Origin: an uncultured Planctomycetales bacterium
Lineage (GTDB): Bacteria; Planctomycetota; Phycisphaerae; UBA1845; Fen-1342
Direction: 5' to 3'
DNA: 35,643 bases
Assembly (NCBI GenBank): GCA_964499235.1
Contig: CAZCKC010000009.1
Location: 1 to 35,643, forward strand
The position numbers were made by a program, and so were the translations under genes. Below the pieces are notes generated by a model that was not told where the DNA came from, did no database searches, and saw nothing but the letters and a program-made list of their open reading frames with translations. Shown here one piece after another: positions 1 through 8,759 of the stretch. Every line of letters begins with the position of its first letter. Within the stretch, counting starts at the first letter, position 1.

Positions 1-257
1 GTGGGCGTCGGCGTCGGCGCGGCCGGCGCCGGCCCGCGGCCCATGGCGGCGAGGGCGCCTTCGAGCGCGTTGATCTGCTCGTCGAGGCGGTCGCGCTCGG
101 CCCGTAGCTTTTGCAGCGCCTGCTCGAGGTTGGTCATTGCCCCGCTCATGGGATCGGCGGGCGTCGGCGTCCGGCGTCCCGGCGGACGGCCACGGCGGCG
201 CGTGACCTTCTTGGCCGTTGTCGACGTGGCTTTCTTCTTGCGGCGCTTTTTCGCCAT
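1..257 (-). CDS. Partial small basic protein; the 5' end (ATG at 257..255) is in the window and the 3' end runs past position 1. The Lys/Arg-rich N-terminus carries an AT-hook-like RGRPPGRR motif, followed by a predicted coiled-coil (LEQALQKLRAERDRLDEQINALEGAL); possibly a nucleoid-associated protein
   Basis: Manual translation of the minus strand from the ATG at 257 gives MAKKRRKKKATSTTAKKVTRRRGRPPGRRTPTPADPMSGAMTNLEQALQKLRAERDRLDEQINALEGALAAMGRGPAPAAPTPTP with no stop before the window edge. A good SD (AGGGAG) sits 6 nt upstream of the ATG. The ORF is absent from the supplied track, presumably because it is edge-truncated. Confidence 0.4.
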   Translation of the reverse strand, partial: MAKKRRKKKATSTTAKKVTRRRGRPPGRRTPTPADPMSGAMTNLEQALQKLRAERDRLDEQINALEGALAAMGRGPAPAAPTPTP

Positions 258-360
258 GCTCAGCTCCCTGGTTCGGTGGAGGATTGTGGATTGCAAACTA
301 GCAATCGCAGGGGAGATTTGTAGCCACAGAAAGGAAAGGAGTCAAATCGGCGGGCGGCCA
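258..360 (-). promoter_or_regulatory. AT-richer island (about 270..350) upstream of the small basic protein gene. It contains a GGATTG direct repeat (281..286 and 288..293) and an inverted repeat ATTGC-N6-GCAAT (290..305); candidate promoter/operator
   Basis: A local drop in GC within an otherwise 70% GC window, lying directly upstream of a gene with a good SD; the repeats were read directly from the sequence. Confidence 0.25.
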
Positions 361-503
361 GTCAATTCCAACCGCTCCCCCTCGGGATCCAGCGACAGGC
401 GGCCGGGGAGATCCCGCGGCGCCGATCGACGACCGGGCGAACCGCGCGCGCGGCGGGGCCGGCGGCGTTGAAGCGGCAAAATCGGAGGCTCGTTGGAACC
501 GGC

Positions 504-938
504 TTAGAAGCTGTCGTCCGAGTCGTCTTCGACCGCGAGGGCGTTTTCCGGCGCGAGGCCGAGGATCGGCTCGAGCACGGCCCGCAGCGCTTCCGGCTGA
601 AACGGCTTGCGGACGAAGCCGAGCGCGCCGGCCGCCGCCAGCTCTTGAATTCGGGTTTGACTTCCCTCGGTCGACGCAATGACCACGGGAATGTGCGCCA
701 ACCGCTTGTCATCCCGCATCCGGGAAATCAACTTCACCCCGTTCATGACGGGCATGTTGATGTCCAGAATGACCGCGCTGATCGCGCCAGTCGCCATTTG
801 CGCGAGGGCCTCGATGCCGTTGCCCGCCTCGCGGGTTTCGGCGACCGCCAGCCCGCTCATGCCGAGCGTCCGCTTGATCATCCGCCGCATGGTCGCCGAG
901 TCGTCGACAATCAACACCGTACCGGCCATGGTCGTCAC
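504..938 (-). CDS. cheY: CheY-like single-domain response regulator (receiver domain)
   Basis: LIVDDSATMRRMI...ILDINMPVMNGV...K motif set, which is the typical D-D-K receiver signature. The stop overlaps or abuts the HDOD gene: GTG at 938 overlaps the HDOD TGA, and an alternative ATG lies at 929. Confidence 0.9.
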   Translation of the reverse strand: MTTMAGTVLIVDDSATMRRMIKRTLGMSGLAVAETREAGNGIEALAQMATGAISAVILDINMPVMNGVKLISRMRDDKRLAHIPVVIASTEGSQTRIQELAAAGALGFVRKPFQPEALRAVLEPILGLAPENALAVEDDSDDSF

Positions 939-1792
939 TCACTTCCTGCGAATAGTTTCTGGACGGATTTCAGCTCCGCCACGGTTTCCGCACCGACTAC
1001 CTCGAGGTCCGCGGCCGTGAGTCCGTGCCGCTCCATGGCGGCCGGCGCGCCGCGGTAGAGCAGCGCGTCGACGCCCGTGCCAACGCCCACCAGCTGGCAG
1101 ATCGAGTCCGCGAGGTGAATCGTGTCCACCAGCGGATCGGGTTCCGCCAGCGCCTCCGGCTCGTGGTGATAGCGGATCGCGAGCGCGATCTGCTGCGGCA
1201 GGTTCCACGTTTCGGCCACCAGCCCGCCGATCTCGGGATGGGTGAAGCCCAGCACGTGCCGCTCCGCCTCCAGGAACGAGAACGCCCCCTGATCGACCAG
1301 CGTCACGATCTCGCTGAACTCGTTGGCGACGTACTCGTTGAGCACGACCTTGCCGACATCGTGCAGCAGCCCGGTGGTGAAAACCACGCCGCTGGGCGCG
1401 GGGTCGATCCGCCGGGCCAGGCTCTGGGCGGTCAGCGCCACCCCGACGCCGTGCATCCACAACGCGCCGGGCGGCAGCCCGTAGCCGGCCTGCGACCGGC
1501 TCAGCAGGCCCTGCGTATGGGCGGCCATCACGAGCTGGAGCACCTTCGTCGTGCCGAGGTAGCGGATCGCGTCGTCGACCGAGGAGATCATTCGGGCCAG
1601 CCCGAAATAGGCGCTGTTGCACAGCCGCAGCACCTGCGTCGTGACCATCTGGTCGTAGCGGATCGTCCCGACGATGTCGTCGAGCGTGCTGGTCGGGTCG
1701 TTGACCACGTCGATCAGGCGGAGGGCCGTGTCGCGCAGCCGGGGCAACGCCTCGATCTGGGCGACGATGTCCTGCATGGATTTCGTCGTCAT
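935..1792 (-). CDS. HDOD (HD-related output domain) protein embedded in the chemotaxis operon
   Basis: 285 aa. The domain layout resembles the HDOD family (conserved H..HD..HH.E and LLHDVGK-like segments: LLHDVGKVVL, IRYHHEPE). Its ATG at 1792 overlaps the cheD stop (ATGA). Confidence 0.8.
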   Translation of the reverse strand: MTTKSMQDIVAQIEALPRLRDTALRLIDVVNDPTSTLDDIVGTIRYDQMVTTQVLRLCNSAYFGLARMISSVDDAIRYLGTTKVLQLVMAAHTQGLLSRSQAGYGLPPGALWMHGVGVALTAQSLARRIDPAPSGVVFTTGLLHDVGKVVLNEYVANEFSEIVTLVDQGAFSFLEAERHVLGFTHPEIGGLVAETWNLPQQIALAIRYHHEPEALAEPDPLVDTIHLADSICQLVGVGTGVDALLYRGAPAAMERHGLTAADLEVVGAETVAELKSVQKLFAGSE

Positions 1793-2265
1793 AGCGGCAC
1801 CTCGCCAGTCCGGGTTTTCAACGTGACCACGCCGGTGCTCACGTCGACCTTCATCGTGCGGCTGGTCGAACCGCCCACGTCTTCCGCGTCGATCATGACA
1901 CCGTTTTTCCAGAAGATCTTCCGCAGCGCCACGTAGTTGCGCTTGCCGATGTTGAAGGTCCCCTTGTCGTCCAGCAGCTGCGAGCCGCCCGCGATCTTCA
2001 CCACGAGCCGCTTCTTCACCGCGCCCAGCTCGTACGCCGCCCGGAAGAGCTTCGGCACGCCGGTATCACAGAACATCGCCGGGTTAGTCTTGGCCTTCTC
2101 GGGCGAGACCGCCCCCTCGGGCAGCATGTAGTGCAGCAGGCCACCCACCTTGGCCACCGGGTCGTAAATCGCCACCCCGATGCAGCTGCCCAGCGAGTAG
2201 GTGATCAGCTGGGCCCCCGGATCCTGACTCACCGCCAGATCCGCGATATCCACGACCACGTTCAT
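1789..2265 (-). CDS. cheD: CheD chemoreceptor glutamine deamidase / CheC-stimulating protein
   Basis: 158 aa. The conserved segment YSLGSCIGVAIYDP, containing the catalytic Cys, and the overall size are typical of CheD. Confidence 0.85.
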   Translation of the reverse strand: MNVVVDIADLAVSQDPGAQLITYSLGSCIGVAIYDPVAKVGGLLHYMLPEGAVSPEKAKTNPAMFCDTGVPKLFRAAYELGAVKKRLVVKIAGGSQLLDDKGTFNIGKRNYVALRKIFWKNGVMIDAEDVGGSTSRTMKVDVSTGVVTLKTRTGEVPL

Positions 2266-2288
2266 CTGACCTGCACGCTACCTTTCGC

Positions 2289-2302
2289 GCTGAAGCTTCA
2301 GC
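2289..2302. promoter_or_regulatory. Perfect 14-bp palindrome GCTGAAGCTTCAGC (flanked by CGCGC/CCGCGC) 24-37 bp upstream of the cheD ATG, inside the 243-bp cheW-cheD gap; candidate operator or internal promoter element
   Basis: Seen directly in the sequence. It sits in an unusually long intercistronic gap of an otherwise tightly coupled operon. Confidence 0.3.
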
Positions 2303-2508
2303 CCGCGCTCATTATCTCTACCCGCGGCCGCCATCCGAGCGGCCCCGCACCAGAACCGCCAGGTCGTCCGTCACCCCGATGGCCGCCGGCGCCTGCAGCA
2401 CTCCGGGCATGACGATCTTGGTAGGTGAATCCATGCTGGTTCCTCGTCGCCACCCCCAGCCCGCGGCGTGGCTCCTGGTATTCCTGGCTGCCCGGCATGC
2501 GGCCGGGT

Positions 2509-3000
2509 CTAACCGTCGGCGAACGCTGCCAGTTCCGGACAGTCCAGCGCCTTGCGGATGTCCAGCAGGATCTTGACGCTGTCCTTGACCTTGCCCATGC
2601 CCAGGACGAACGACGTGTCGACGCCGGCCCCCATCGGCGGCGCCGGGTCGACCTGGTCGCTGGCGACGTTGAGGACCTCGCAGACGGTGTCGACGATGAT
2701 GCCCATCAGCTGCCCGACGTCGACGACGACCACACAGGTTTGCTCGTCGTACTCCGCCGGCTCCATCCCGAACTTCAGCCGCAGGTCGACGACGGGGATC
2801 ACCTTGCCGCGCAGGTTGATCACGCCCTTCATGAAGTAGGGCATCTGCGGGACCGCGGTGATATCCATCAGCCCGATGATCTCCCGCACCCGGAGGATCT
2901 CGACGCCGTACTCCTCGTTCGCGAGGCTGAACGTGAGGTACTTGTTGCTCTCGACCTCCGCGACACTCTCAGCCCGCACCGATCCGCTCGTGATCGTCAT
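2509..3000 (-). CDS. cheW: CheW coupling protein
   Basis: 163 aa with a single CheW-like domain (FSLANEEYGVEILRVREI...VINLRG...VVDLR). A strong SD (AGGAGGAG) lies 8 nt upstream of the ATG at 3000. Confidence 0.9.
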   Translation of the reverse strand: MTITSGSVRAESVAEVESNKYLTFSLANEEYGVEILRVREIIGLMDITAVPQMPYFMKGVINLRGKVIPVVDLRLKFGMEPAEYDEQTCVVVVDVGQLMGIIVDTVCEVLNVASDQVDPAPPMGAGVDTSFVLGMGKVKDSVKILLDIRKALDCPELAAFADG

Positions 3001-3023
3001 CGGTTCAACTCCTCCTGGCAGGA

Positions 3024-6000
3024 CTACGCCACCGGCACCGCCGCGGACGCTTCCGTCGCCGCAGCCGCCGCTTCGTCTTCGTTGCGTTCCCGTTCGTCTG
3101 CCGGCGTCCCGTCCGGTTCCGCCGTCGCGGCGGGCGGGAACTCCGCCGCATCCGGCCCCGTCGGTCGACCGCTGGTAGGTGATCCCACGCCGCTCAGGGC
3201 CTGGCGCTTGTGGAGCGCCAACAAGCCGGCCGGCTCGAGGATCAGGCCGACGCGGCCGTCCCCGAGGATCGCGGCGCCCGAGACGCCCTCGACGCGCTTG
3301 AACTCCTGGCCGAGCGACTTGATCACGATCTGCTGCTGTCCGATCAGCTCGCTGACCACGATGCCGATCTTCTGGGCGCCGCTGCTGGCGACCACGACCA
3401 GTGCGTCGGTTGGGTCGATCCGCCCGCAGTAGCCGAAGTGCTCGCCCAGCTGGACCAGCGGGCAGAGCTCGCCGCGCACGCGCAGCATCTCGCCCCGCCG
3501 CTGGACCGTGGTGATCATGCTCGGGTCGGGGCGTAGCGACTGCTCGATCATGATCGTCGGCATCACGACGCGTTCCTGGCCGATGCGGATCAGCATCCCG
3601 TCGATGATCGCCAGCGTGAGGGGCAGCTTGATGCGGAAGGTGCTGCCGCGCCCCAGGGCCGACTCGATCTCGATCTTGCCGCGCAGCTCTTCCTCCACGT
3701 TCCGCCGGACGACGTCCATCCCGACGCCGCGGCCGGAGATGTCCGTCACCTGCTCGGCGGTCGAGAAGCCGGCGGCCATGATCAGCGCGAACGCCTGCTG
3801 GTCGCTGAGCTGGTCATCGGGGCCGATCACGCCCCGCTCGATGCCCTTCTTGATCAGCTTTTGGGGGTCGAGTCCACGGCCGTCATCGCGGATCTCGATG
3901 ATCACGCTGTCGCCCTCGTGGAAGGCGTCGAGGTGGACGTAGCCGATGTCGGACTTGCCGGCGGACCGGCGCTGGTCCGGCGGCTCGATCCCGTGGTCGA
4001 CGGAATTGCGCACCATGTGCACGAGCGGGTCGGCGATCTGCTGGATGACGTTCTTGTCGAGTTCGGTCTCTTCGCCGCTGATCACCAGCTCGACCTGCTT
4101 GCCGGCTTTGCGGGCGACGTCGCGAACGACACGCTTCATCTTCTGGAAGGTCATGCCGACAGGCAACATCCGCATGCCCATCGCGGTTTCCTGCACGTCG
4201 CGGACGATCTTCGTGACCTGCGTCACCCCGCGCCGCAGCCCCTCGTCGCCGTCGACCACCGAGTTCATGTTGACCATCGTCTGGGCGATCACCAGCTCAC
4301 CCACGGTGTCGACCAGCGCGTCGAGCTTGGCCGTGTCGACGCGGATCGACAGCTCGTTCGCCGCCGCGTTGCCCTTGCTTTCGCGGGCGCCAACTGGTGG
4401 CTGGTCCGCAGCGGTCTCGGCGTCGGGCTCGCGCGCCGCCGGCATCGGCGTCGCAGACGGCACGGCCGGACCGTCGACCGGCATGCCGGCCGCGACTTGG
4501 CGCAGGTGCGTGACCATCTCTTCGCACGGCGGCTGCGGCACGACGCCGCCGGTCGGCTCGATCAGGTAGCCTGCCAAGCAGTCGATCTGCGCCTTGAGCA
4601 CGTCGATGGCCGAGAAGATCACGTCGATGATCCCCGGCGTGATTTGCATCGTGCCCTTGCGACCCATGTCGAGGATCGTTTCCGCCTCATGGGTCAGGCA
4701 GTTGATGTCGCGCAGGTTCAAGAAGCCCGCGATGCCCTTGACGGTGTGGAACGGCCGAAAGAGCTCGTCGATCTTGGCCGAGTCGCCGGGCGCCTGCTCG
4801 ACGTCGAGCAGCGCGGCCTCGATCGCGTCGATGTGCTCGCGGGCCTCGTCCACGAAGCCCTGCAGGTTCTCGCTGTCTTCCAGGTCCACGGTCAGCGGCG
4901 TGCTCTGGTAGGGCGCGAGCTCGACCGTGGCGGGGCTGGTTGCCGGCGGGCGCGGCGCGGCAACGGGTTCGGTAGCCGGTGGCGGAGCGGGAGCTGGCGC
5001 GGCCGAGTCGGGTTCCGTCGCCGCTTTCGGCTCGGGCGACTCGCTCGCGGCGTCGCCGGCCACCAAATCGCGCAGCCGGGCGATGACCGCCTCCGCCTGC
5101 GGGGCGTTTCCGTCCGCCAGCGCCGCCAGGCACGCGACCCCCGCCGGCAGCGCTGCGAGCGCGCCGGGAACGTCCTTGACGTCGTCGAGGATCATCCCGC
5201 CGAGGACGCCGGCCAGCGCTCCCGCCAAGTTGCTGGTTTGCTCGCCGTTGGGTCCGCCCTGCGCCGCCGCGTCGGCGGCGATCTGCTCGCAGTGCGAGTG
5301 CGCCTGCGCCAGACTGGTGAGGTTCGCCGGATCAATGCCGGTCTCGACGGCTGCCCGCAACGCGGTCAGCGCCGGCGAGACGACCGTTGTTTCCTGCCCG
5401 GGACCGGCAGACGGAAGAGAAGCTTCGCCCGCCGTGCGGCCTTCCGCTGCGCTGTCGGATGGCTCGTTCTCGACGCGGTCGGTTACGATCGGCTCGTCGG
5501 CCGTCGGCCACAGCGCGCTCGGCGTCAACGCACAGCCGGCCGCAATTTCTTCTGCGCGCGCATTGAGGTCGTTGTCGTCGTCCACGGGAGCAGTCGCGTC
5601 ACCTGGCGTCACCGGCTCGACCGCCAGGGTCGCGGGGAGGCTCGTTGGTTCATTCGGCGTCGGGAGGTCTTGCGGAGGCGCCGTCCGCTCGGGCTGGCTG
5701 GGCTCCGTCGCGAATGGGGCCTGGTTCGCCGTGTCGCTCGTCGCGGCCAAGACCTGCGGCTGAACCGCGGCTAAGGGATCACCGTCGCCCGCGACAGCCG
5801 CGCCGAGCGCGTCGACCATCGGGCCGATCAACGCGTGGCCAGCCTCCGGCTGGACGGCCTCGCCGATAATCAGAGCCTCGAGCAGGCGTTGGAAATCGGT
5901 CGCAGCCGCCACGGTGTCCGCGTCGGCCGCCGCGTCGCGTTTCAGCGTGGCGACAAGGGCCTTGATCGCCTGGTGGAGTTGGGCGAGCCGCCCGAGGTCG

Positions 6001-6092
6001 TCGGCCTCAATTGGCGTGACCAGTTGTTGGCGGATGGTGTCGAGAATAGCCGAGATGCCGGCGTTGCCCGATCCAGAGTGGTGATCGCCCAT
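3024..6092 (-). CDS. cheA: CheA histidine kinase (1022 aa). An unusual ~400-aa Ala/Pro/Asp-rich N-terminal extension precedes the HPt domain, and an acidic Pro/Ala/Glu-rich tail lies at the C-terminus
   Basis: Features seen in the translation: HPt phospho-His context (ELFRPFHTVKGIAGFLN), a dimerisation region, HATPase_c motifs (NSVDHGIE...DDGRGLD...GRGVGMDVV...GRGSTF) and a C-terminal CheW-like domain. An SD (AGGAAG) lies 5 nt upstream of the ATG at 6092. Confidence 0.92.
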   Translation of the reverse strand: MGDHHSGSGNAGISAILDTIRQQLVTPIEADDLGRLAQLHQAIKALVATLKRDAAADADTVAAATDFQRLLEALIIGEAVQPEAGHALIGPMVDALGAAVAGDGDPLAAVQPQVLAATSDTANQAPFATEPSQPERTAPPQDLPTPNEPTSLPATLAVEPVTPGDATAPVDDDNDLNARAEEIAAGCALTPSALWPTADEPIVTDRVENEPSDSAAEGRTAGEASLPSAGPGQETTVVSPALTALRAAVETGIDPANLTSLAQAHSHCEQIAADAAAQGGPNGEQTSNLAGALAGVLGGMILDDVKDVPGALAALPAGVACLAALADGNAPQAEAVIARLRDLVAGDAASESPEPKAATEPDSAAPAPAPPPATEPVAAPRPPATSPATVELAPYQSTPLTVDLEDSENLQGFVDEAREHIDAIEAALLDVEQAPGDSAKIDELFRPFHTVKGIAGFLNLRDINCLTHEAETILDMGRKGTMQITPGIIDVIFSAIDVLKAQIDCLAGYLIEPTGGVVPQPPCEEMVTHLRQVAAGMPVDGPAVPSATPMPAAREPDAETAADQPPVGARESKGNAAANELSIRVDTAKLDALVDTVGELVIAQTMVNMNSVVDGDEGLRRGVTQVTKIVRDVQETAMGMRMLPVGMTFQKMKRVVRDVARKAGKQVELVISGEETELDKNVIQQIADPLVHMVRNSVDHGIEPPDQRRSAGKSDIGYVHLDAFHEGDSVIIEIRDDGRGLDPQKLIKKGIERGVIGPDDQLSDQQAFALIMAAGFSTAEQVTDISGRGVGMDVVRRNVEEELRGKIEIESALGRGSTFRIKLPLTLAIIDGMLIRIGQERVVMPTIMIEQSLRPDPSMITTVQRRGEMLRVRGELCPLVQLGEHFGYCGRIDPTDALVVVASSGAQKIGIVVSELIGQQQIVIKSLGQEFKRVEGVSGAAILGDGRVGLILEPAGLLALHKRQALSGVGSPTSGRPTGPDAAEFPPAATAEPDGTPADERERNEDEAAAAATEASAAVPVA

Positions 6093-6502
6093 CGCAACTT
6101 CCTGCGAGCATCGAGATTGTCGAGCAGCGTGAGCCCGTTACCCGGATCAACGCCGCCCAAGGCCAGTTGGAGCCTTGCCCAGTCTCGATATCGTGTCGCG
6201 ACCCGCTCGCCATGAGCGGTGATCTGTTGCCCGCGACAACCGCTTTATCATTGACCCTGGCAACCCCTGGGGCGTTTACCCGAGTACCCTCGGGCGTTCA
6301 CCCCTACGCGTGACATCGTTGGGTGTGTCGGGTGCGTGTGAGCCATGTGGTGGCGGCCTGGCGCCCCCATATCCGCCCCGGCCGGTTGGGGCCCTTTCAG
6401 CGTGTGACAGCTGTCGAGAAAAACCGCGCAGAAGTAACCACCCGCAGGCAGGGCCCAGAAATGCTCTGGATGGGACGGGTTCACGTCTGATAAGCAGCCG
6501 TT

Positions 6503-7639
6503 TCAGCCGTCGAACAGCGCGAACTCGCCGACCAATCCAGGCCCGAAAGCGAGCATGAGCGCCGGGCCGCTGCCGCCGGCCGCCCGCCAGCGCTCCAGCA
6601 CGAACAGCACGGTGGCGGAGGACATGTTCCCATGCTCGGCCAGGACGGCGCGGGAGGGTGCCAGCGCCTCTTTTGGGAGTCCGAAAGTCTGTCCAACGGC
6701 GTCGAGGATCCGCGGGCCGCCGGGATGGACCAGCCAGCCGTGGATGTCGGCGAGGCGGCGGCCGCGCTGTTGGAGCCAGGCGGCCAGCGGCGGCTTCAGG
6801 TGCTCGTGGAGCAGATCAGGGACGGCGTCGTCGAGGCCCATCACGAAGCCGTGGTCGCCGATCCGCCAGCTCATCGCGTCGGCGGTGTGCTCGAACTGCC
6901 AGCTGCCGGTGTCGACGAGCCGGAGCGGCGGCGCAGCGGTTGCGCCGGCGATTGGGGCGATGACGGCGGCGGCGGCGCCGTCGGCGAAGAGTGCATTCCC
7001 GACGAGGCGTTCCGGGTCGTCGCCCTTGGCGTAGTGCAGGCTGCACAGCTCGACGGCGACGATCAGGGCACGGGCATCGGGGTTGGCCTGCACGAGGCCG
7101 CGGGCCACGCGGAGGGCATTGATGGTCCCGTGGCAGCCCATGAAGCCCACCTGCACGCGCTCGATGTCCCGTCGCAGGCCGAGCTGTTCGATCAGCGCCG
7201 CATCAATGCCGGGTGACACGAATCCGGTGCAGGTGACGGTGACCAGGTGGGTGATGGAGCCCGGTGGCGTACCGGCATCCGTTAGCGCGGCCGCGGCCGC
7301 GGCGGTCGCCAACGGCGGCGCGTGCTGGGCGAAGGCTGCCATCCGCTCGGCGGTCGTGGGGCTGTGAGCTTCACCATGGTTTGCAGCACGGTAAAAGCGA
7401 GGCAGCTCGGTTTGCTCCGTGCTGTCGAGGATGACCGAGCCGCGGCGCCGCACGCCGCTGGCGCGGAAGAGGATCTTGAGGCGGCGCTGGCTTTCCGGCC
7501 CGCCGGTGCAGAATGCCTGCGCGAGTTCGGCCGCCTGGCGCTGCTCGATCGACAGCGCGGGCGGCGCCGTGCCCACGCCGCTGATCGTTACGACAGCCGT
7601 GCTGGACGTTTCTCTCTTCACCTGCTCAGCCATAGACAT
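6503..7639 (-). CDS. Type III polyketide synthase (chalcone/stilbene synthase superfamily)
   Basis: The Cys-His-Asn triad contexts are all present: FMGCHGTINALR (Cys), WLVHPGGPRILD (His) and EHGNMSSATVLFVLE (Asn). The start was trimmed to the internal ATG at 7639 (MSMAEQVKRE); the longer track ORF to 7732 overlaps the upstream gene with an Arg-rich, junk-like N-terminus. Confidence 0.85.
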   Translation of the reverse strand: MSMAEQVKRETSSTAVVTISGVGTAPPALSIEQRQAAELAQAFCTGGPESQRRLKILFRASGVRRRGSVILDSTEQTELPRFYRAANHGEAHSPTTAERMAAFAQHAPPLATAAAAAALTDAGTPPGSITHLVTVTCTGFVSPGIDAALIEQLGLRRDIERVQVGFMGCHGTINALRVARGLVQANPDARALIVAVELCSLHYAKGDDPERLVGNALFADGAAAAVIAPIAGATAAPPLRLVDTGSWQFEHTADAMSWRIGDHGFVMGLDDAVPDLLHEHLKPPLAAWLQQRGRRLADIHGWLVHPGGPRILDAVGQTFGLPKEALAPSRAVLAEHGNMSSATVLFVLERWRAAGGSGPALMLAFGPGLVGEFALFDG

Positions 7640-8759
7640 ACGTGACGTAAGGCCGCGCGACCCGCGGCATCCATTGCAAGCTGCGGACGACGCCCCCGAC
7701 GAGCGCGGGCGAGCGCAAGGCCTGCGCGACAAGCCGGCACCAGCGCTGATGGCCGCCGACGAGGCGGCGCTGGGCGCGGATCCAGTCCTCGGCGAGCCGC
7801 GGTTGCCACGCGCTGACCGCCGCCTGAAGCATCGGCTGCACGCACAGTGCCGAGCGAAGCGCCCAGGTCATGCCTTCGCCCGTGAACGGTTCGACGTAGC
7901 CGGCCGCGTCGCCCACGACGAAGAGCCGGTCGGCCGCCGCGTTTCGCGAGCGCGTCAGCCGCGGTGTGCCAGTCCAGCGAACCGAGGCGAGATTGGCGAA
8001 AGGCGGAAAGCCAGCTTCGTCCAGGATCGCAGCGACCGCGCCGGCGGGACTGCCGGCGGCACGCACCGCGCCTGGATCGACGGCCGCAGCGATGTCGATC
8101 TCGCCGTCGCCGAGGTCAACCATGCCAGCGTAGCCGCGGCGCGTTACGGCCATTTGGATCGTGCCGGGCTCGACGTGTTGGGGGGCGGCTCGTACGTGAG
8201 CACCCACTCCGATCCGCGCAGACCGCGCGATCTTCGGATCTGAAGCGTCGCCTGACGCAATGGCCGTCCCGCCGAGCCCGTCCGCGACCACGACGGCAGC
8301 TGCTCGCACGTGGCGCGTGTCGCCCTGGCCGCGCAGCGTGACGAGCCTGCCGTCCTCGTCGCACGCACCGATTTGGGCGGCGGTCGCCGGCTCGAACGTT
8401 GCGCCAGCCGCGATCGCGGCCGCTACGAGCCCTCCGTCCAGAACGGTTCGCCGCACGGCGACGCCTGCCGCTAGCGGGACCCGCGCTGACTGGCCGCGAT
8501 AGTGCAGACAGAACCCGTCGAGCGGCGCTGCGCTGCGCGGACCGACCAAGTGGCCGCAGTTGACTTCTTCGAGCAGCCGCACGCCCCGGGCACTCAGGCA
8601 GCAGCCGCACACCTTGTCGCGCGGCCAGGCTTTCTTCTCGACGAGCAGCACCCGCGTGCCGGCCTCCGCCGCGAGCAATGCGGTCAGCGCGCCGGCCGGC
8701 CCGGCGCCGACGACGATCAGTGGCCACTGTTCCTTGACGCTGGTCGGCCGCGCGACCAT
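7626..8759 (-). CDS. FAD-dependent oxidoreductase of the geranylgeranyl-reductase type
   Basis: Rossmann FAD motif IVVGAGPAGALTALLAAEAG plus RDKVCGCCLS, matching the GGR-family CGG motif. The start was trimmed to the ATG at 8759 (MVARPTS...), which overlaps the methyltransferase TGA (ATGA). Confidence 0.8.
   Translation of the reverse strand: MVARPTSVKEQWPLIVVGAGPAGALTALLAAEAGTRVLLVEKKAWPRDKVCGCCLSARGVRLLEEVNCGHLVGPRSAAPLDGFCLHYRGQSARVPLAAGVAVRRTVLDGGLVAAAIAAGATFEPATAAQIGACDEDGRLVTLRGQGDTRHVRAAAVVVADGLGGTAIASGDASDPKIARSARIGVGAHVRAAPQHVEPGTIQMAVTRRGYAGMVDLGDGEIDIAAAVDPGAVRAAGSPAGAVAAILDEAGFPPFANLASVRWTGTPRLTRSRNAAADRLFVVGDAAGYVEPFTGEGMTWALRSALCVQPMLQAAVSAWQPRLAEDWIRAQRRLVGGHQRWCRLVAQALRSPALVGGVVRSLQWMPRVARPYVTYVYG

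Noticed and set aside
3861-5774. 637-aa plus-strand ORF, together with other long ORFs (3946..4569, 4927..5763) lying antisense to cheA
   Set aside because: Arg/Gly/Val-rich, low-complexity translation typical of the opposite strand of a 70% GC gene. The minus-strand frame carries unmistakable CheA motifs
6279-6294. Short hairpin CCCGAG-tacc-CTCGGG in the PKS-to-cheA intergenic region; a possible terminator for the biosynthetic operon
   Set aside because: The stem is only 6 bp, and no U-tract follows on the transcribed (minus) strand. It cannot be distinguished from chance GC-rich self-complementarity
7640-7732. N-terminal extension of the type III PKS ORF
   Set aside because: It overlaps the 3' end of the FAD-oxidoreductase gene, and its composition (MSRRPCARPRSSGASSAACNGCRG) is junk-like. 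The internal ATG at 7639 gives a sensible PKS N-terminus
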